A stretch of DNA of 26,312 bases from Desulfobulbus sp. Its GTDB lineage: Bacteria > Desulfobacterota > Desulfobulbia > Desulfobulbales > Desulfobulbaceae. The notes beneath the pieces were generated by a model, which saw only the letters and a program-made list of their open reading frames with translations, made no database searches and was not told where the DNA came from. Made by a program: the position numbers and the translations under genes. The number at the start of each line of letters is the position of its first letter. Position 1 is the stretch's first letter. Shown one piece after another: positions 24,557-26,312 of this stretch. The DNA lies in assembly GCA_011051825.1 (NCBI GenBank), contig DRKH01000325.1:1-26312 (forward strand). Reading direction: 5' to 3'.

Positions 24557-24601
24557 CCCGCCAAAAGCGACGGGCAAGGCAGCCTGTCGGCCCCGGCGCT
24601 G

Positions 24602-24880
24602 TCATCTGTTTAATTTTCTGCCGGTGAAGAGACCGAGAACAACCCGGGTAAGCAGAGGCTGGAGGTATGGTATTGTTACGACTGCCGCCGTCTCAATGGC
24701 CAGGGCAGTGCCGGCCGCTTTCACCTTGCCCCGATTCAGATCATGCAGTGACCTGCTGATATTAATTCCAGGATCCGCCGCCCGCAGCCTGGCCTTGGCT
24801 TCGCCAAGAGAGAGTGCTTTTCGTGGCGTTTTTCCCTGGAGCAGGGTTTTGATATTATTTCGGGCCTGATGACGATCCAT
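24602..24880 (-). CDS. Hypothetical protein (92 aa), third gene of the ElaB/YqjD-type triad
   Basis: ATG with GGAGG SD; overlaps the upstream membrane-protein gene; hydrophobic C-terminal stretch. Confidence 0.6.
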   Translation of the reverse strand: MDRHQARNNIKTLLQGKTPRKALSLGEAKARLRAADPGINISRSLHDLNRGKVKAAGTALAIETAAVVTIPYLQPLLTRVVLGLFTGRKLNR

Positions 24881-25205
24881 TGCTTCCTCTCCCGCTTGCG
24901 GCCAACAGGAAGGCCAAGCTGGCAACCAACCAGAGCCCGCAGGTGATAAAGGGGGCTGCCAGCGGCGAGACAAACACCGCTGCCAGCAGATAAATGCCCC
25001 AGCTCAGAAATGCGAGCGCAGCCAGCAGACTGACAACAGCCGCACCGAGCAGGGCAATCGACCGGCCACTACGCAGGGCGGTATCCTCCAGGGCCTGCCG
25101 CTCCGAGGCCAGAAACAGGCTGACCGACTGCTGCAGGTTTTTCCCCTCCGCTTCGGCCAGTTCAAACAGGGCAATGGCAAAGTCGGAGATAGTGACCTTG
25201 CTCAT
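24855..25205 (-). CDS. YqjE/holin-III-like two-TM membrane protein
   Basis: Soluble helix then two hydrophobic helices; ATGA-coupled to the DUF883 gene. Confidence 0.7.
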   Translation of the reverse strand: MSKVTISDFAIALFELAEAEGKNLQQSVSLFLASERQALEDTALRSGRSIALLGAAVVSLLAALAFLSWGIYLLAAVFVSPLAAPFITCGLWLVASLAFLLAASGRGSNGSSSGPK

Positions 25206-25534
25206 CGACGGGAACCACCCATGAGCCTGCCGATGAGCACACCTACACCCACCGCTGCCAGCAGGGTACCTGCCGGGTATTTCTCCAGCTGTTCGCGGAC
25301 CACATCCAGTGCATCCTCGCCCTCGTCTTTCAGGTCTGCCAGCCGCTGCTTTATTTCAGCCAGGGACAGGCTGTCCAGGAGGTCATCCTTTTTTTCACCG
25401 ATCTTGTCTGCCGCATCGCCGACCCGTTGCCTGCCAAGATCGGTCAGAGCGCTGGTCAGGCCTTTAATGTCATTTTTCAACTCATCAAGATCTTTTTTAA
25501 TGTTGTCCAGTTCTTTGTTTGCTTCTGTAGTCAT
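25202..25534 (-). CDS. DUF883/ElaB/YqjD family tail-anchored protein
   Basis: Coiled-coil N-terminus; C-terminal EKYPAGTLLAAVGVGVLIGRLM followed by basic residues. Confidence 0.85.
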   Translation of the reverse strand: MTTEANKELDNIKKDLDELKNDIKGLTSALTDLGRQRVGDAADKIGEKKDDLLDSLSLAEIKQRLADLKDEGEDALDVVREQLEKYPAGTLLAAVGVGVLIGRLMGGSRR

Positions 25535-25599
25535 GGCGGATCTCCTGTTCAGTGATTGTTAACTCTCCCGGTTTTCAACATCTGCTGTAAAAACGCACC

Positions 25600-25832
25600 G
25601 TAAGTCATCACAGGCGGCGCATCTTCACACGGTCGCCCCTGGCTGCAGGTAAGCGGAGCGGAGACTCCGATAGCCCCTCTATGCGGACAGTCACGACTGT
25701 ACGAAGATGGATCACTTAGACAATACTCTGTCAAGGACAATGCAGTATAGCCGTTTTTTCATTGTTATGCTCATCAATCTTCTTGATTACATGCGAGGGC
25801 CGAGACTCCGTGCGGTGCCCCTGAGCGCTTAC
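25600..25832. mobile_element. Degenerate E1-type MITE with an 85-bp internal insertion
   Basis: Matches E1 at GCAGGTAAGCGGAGCG..GAGACTCCGATAGCCC.TCTATGCGG..CGAAGA and at GCGAGGG.CGAGACTCCGTGCGGTGCCCCTGA..CTTAC. No target duplication found. Confidence 0.78.
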
Positions 25833-25843
25833 CTTTGCATGGT

Positions 25844-26311
25844 TCATGGAACATTCCTGAGCATCTCCTGCGCCAGTCCCCGTAATTTTTCAAAAACCGC
25901 TTCCGTGGCCTTAACCTCAATTCTTGCCGGGGCGATCAGCAGGCTTGTTTTCCCTTTTTTGATGTACAGTTCAGCCACTATCCCGCCTTCAATACCATAT
26001 TGAGGATCGCCTTTGGTAACGGCCATGGCAGCCTGGCTCCCTAATCCGGGCACATCCTGCACCGTATAACCGTCACCGAGGTTTTCCATCATCGCATGGG
26101 CGGAAATACCGTCATCCCTGTGAACGGAAACGATAAGCCCGGAAAGACCGAATCCATCCAGGTAACTGCAGGTCGTATTCGGACCAATGGTCTGTTTTTT
26201 CATGGTCTTCAGCTTTGGGAAGACGGCATACACCTCTGCCGGAACAACCAGCGAACAGGGATCAATGCCCGGGTAGGTGGCAGCCCGGCCAACGATTGGC
26301 AGCAGAACACA
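25844..26311 (-). CDS. Hypothetical, probably exported protein; 5' end outside the window
   Basis: The frame is open to the window edge: ..CVLLPIVGRAATYPGIDPCSLVVPAEVYAVFP.., which looks like the end of a signal peptide. Confidence 0.65.
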   Translation of the reverse strand, partial: CVLLPIVGRAATYPGIDPCSLVVPAEVYAVFPKLKTMKKQTIGPNTTCSYLDGFGLSGLIVSVHRDDGISAHAMMENLGDGYTVQDVPGLGSQAAMAVTKGDPQYGIEGGIVAELYIKKGKTSLLIAPARIEVKATEAVFEKLRGLAQEMLRNVP

Positions 26312-26312
26312 A

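Noticed and set aside
25541-25552. Possible outer MITE end (CTGTTCAG core) about 50 bp left of 25600
   Set aside because: It lacks GTAA, has no target duplication, and coincides with the DUF883 gene's SD; likely chance.

Overview
Mostly housekeeping DNA whose gene content suggests a sulfate-reducing deltaproteobacterium (Desulfobulbales-like; this is an inference). Core genes: CBS-domain tRNA nucleotidyltransferase, ferredoxin, site-2 protease, FadL porin, long-chain acyl-CoA synthetase, DD-carboxypeptidase, receiver protein, DVU0772-like/DUF1566 protein, glgX, SGNH hydrolase, NrfJ-like OB-fold protein, panE, HAD, Nudix and an ElaB/YqjD-type triad. Two things stand out. (1) A visibly AT-richer island at about 3.25-10.77 kb, with all its genes on the minus strand. 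In reading order it carries a DNA-methyltransferase 3' stump, a HEPN protein, a ParA-like plus STAND-like double NTPase, a frameshifted small gene, an AAA_21/DUF3696 ABC ATPase, a PIN-like protein, an ATP-dependent RNA ligase, a zeta-like stump, a RelB/RelE pair and a helicase-DUF3883 3' stump. This looks like an RNA-damage plus RNA-repair conflict cargo left inside a collapsed methylase-helicase defence locus. (2) A family of non-autonomous IS66-like miniature elements with GTAA ends and 8-bp target duplications. All four complete copies carry a duplicated end separated by an unrelated 31-37 nt segment. A second MITE type and REP-like foldbacks are also present. All family assignments come from motif recognition by eye, not database searches.
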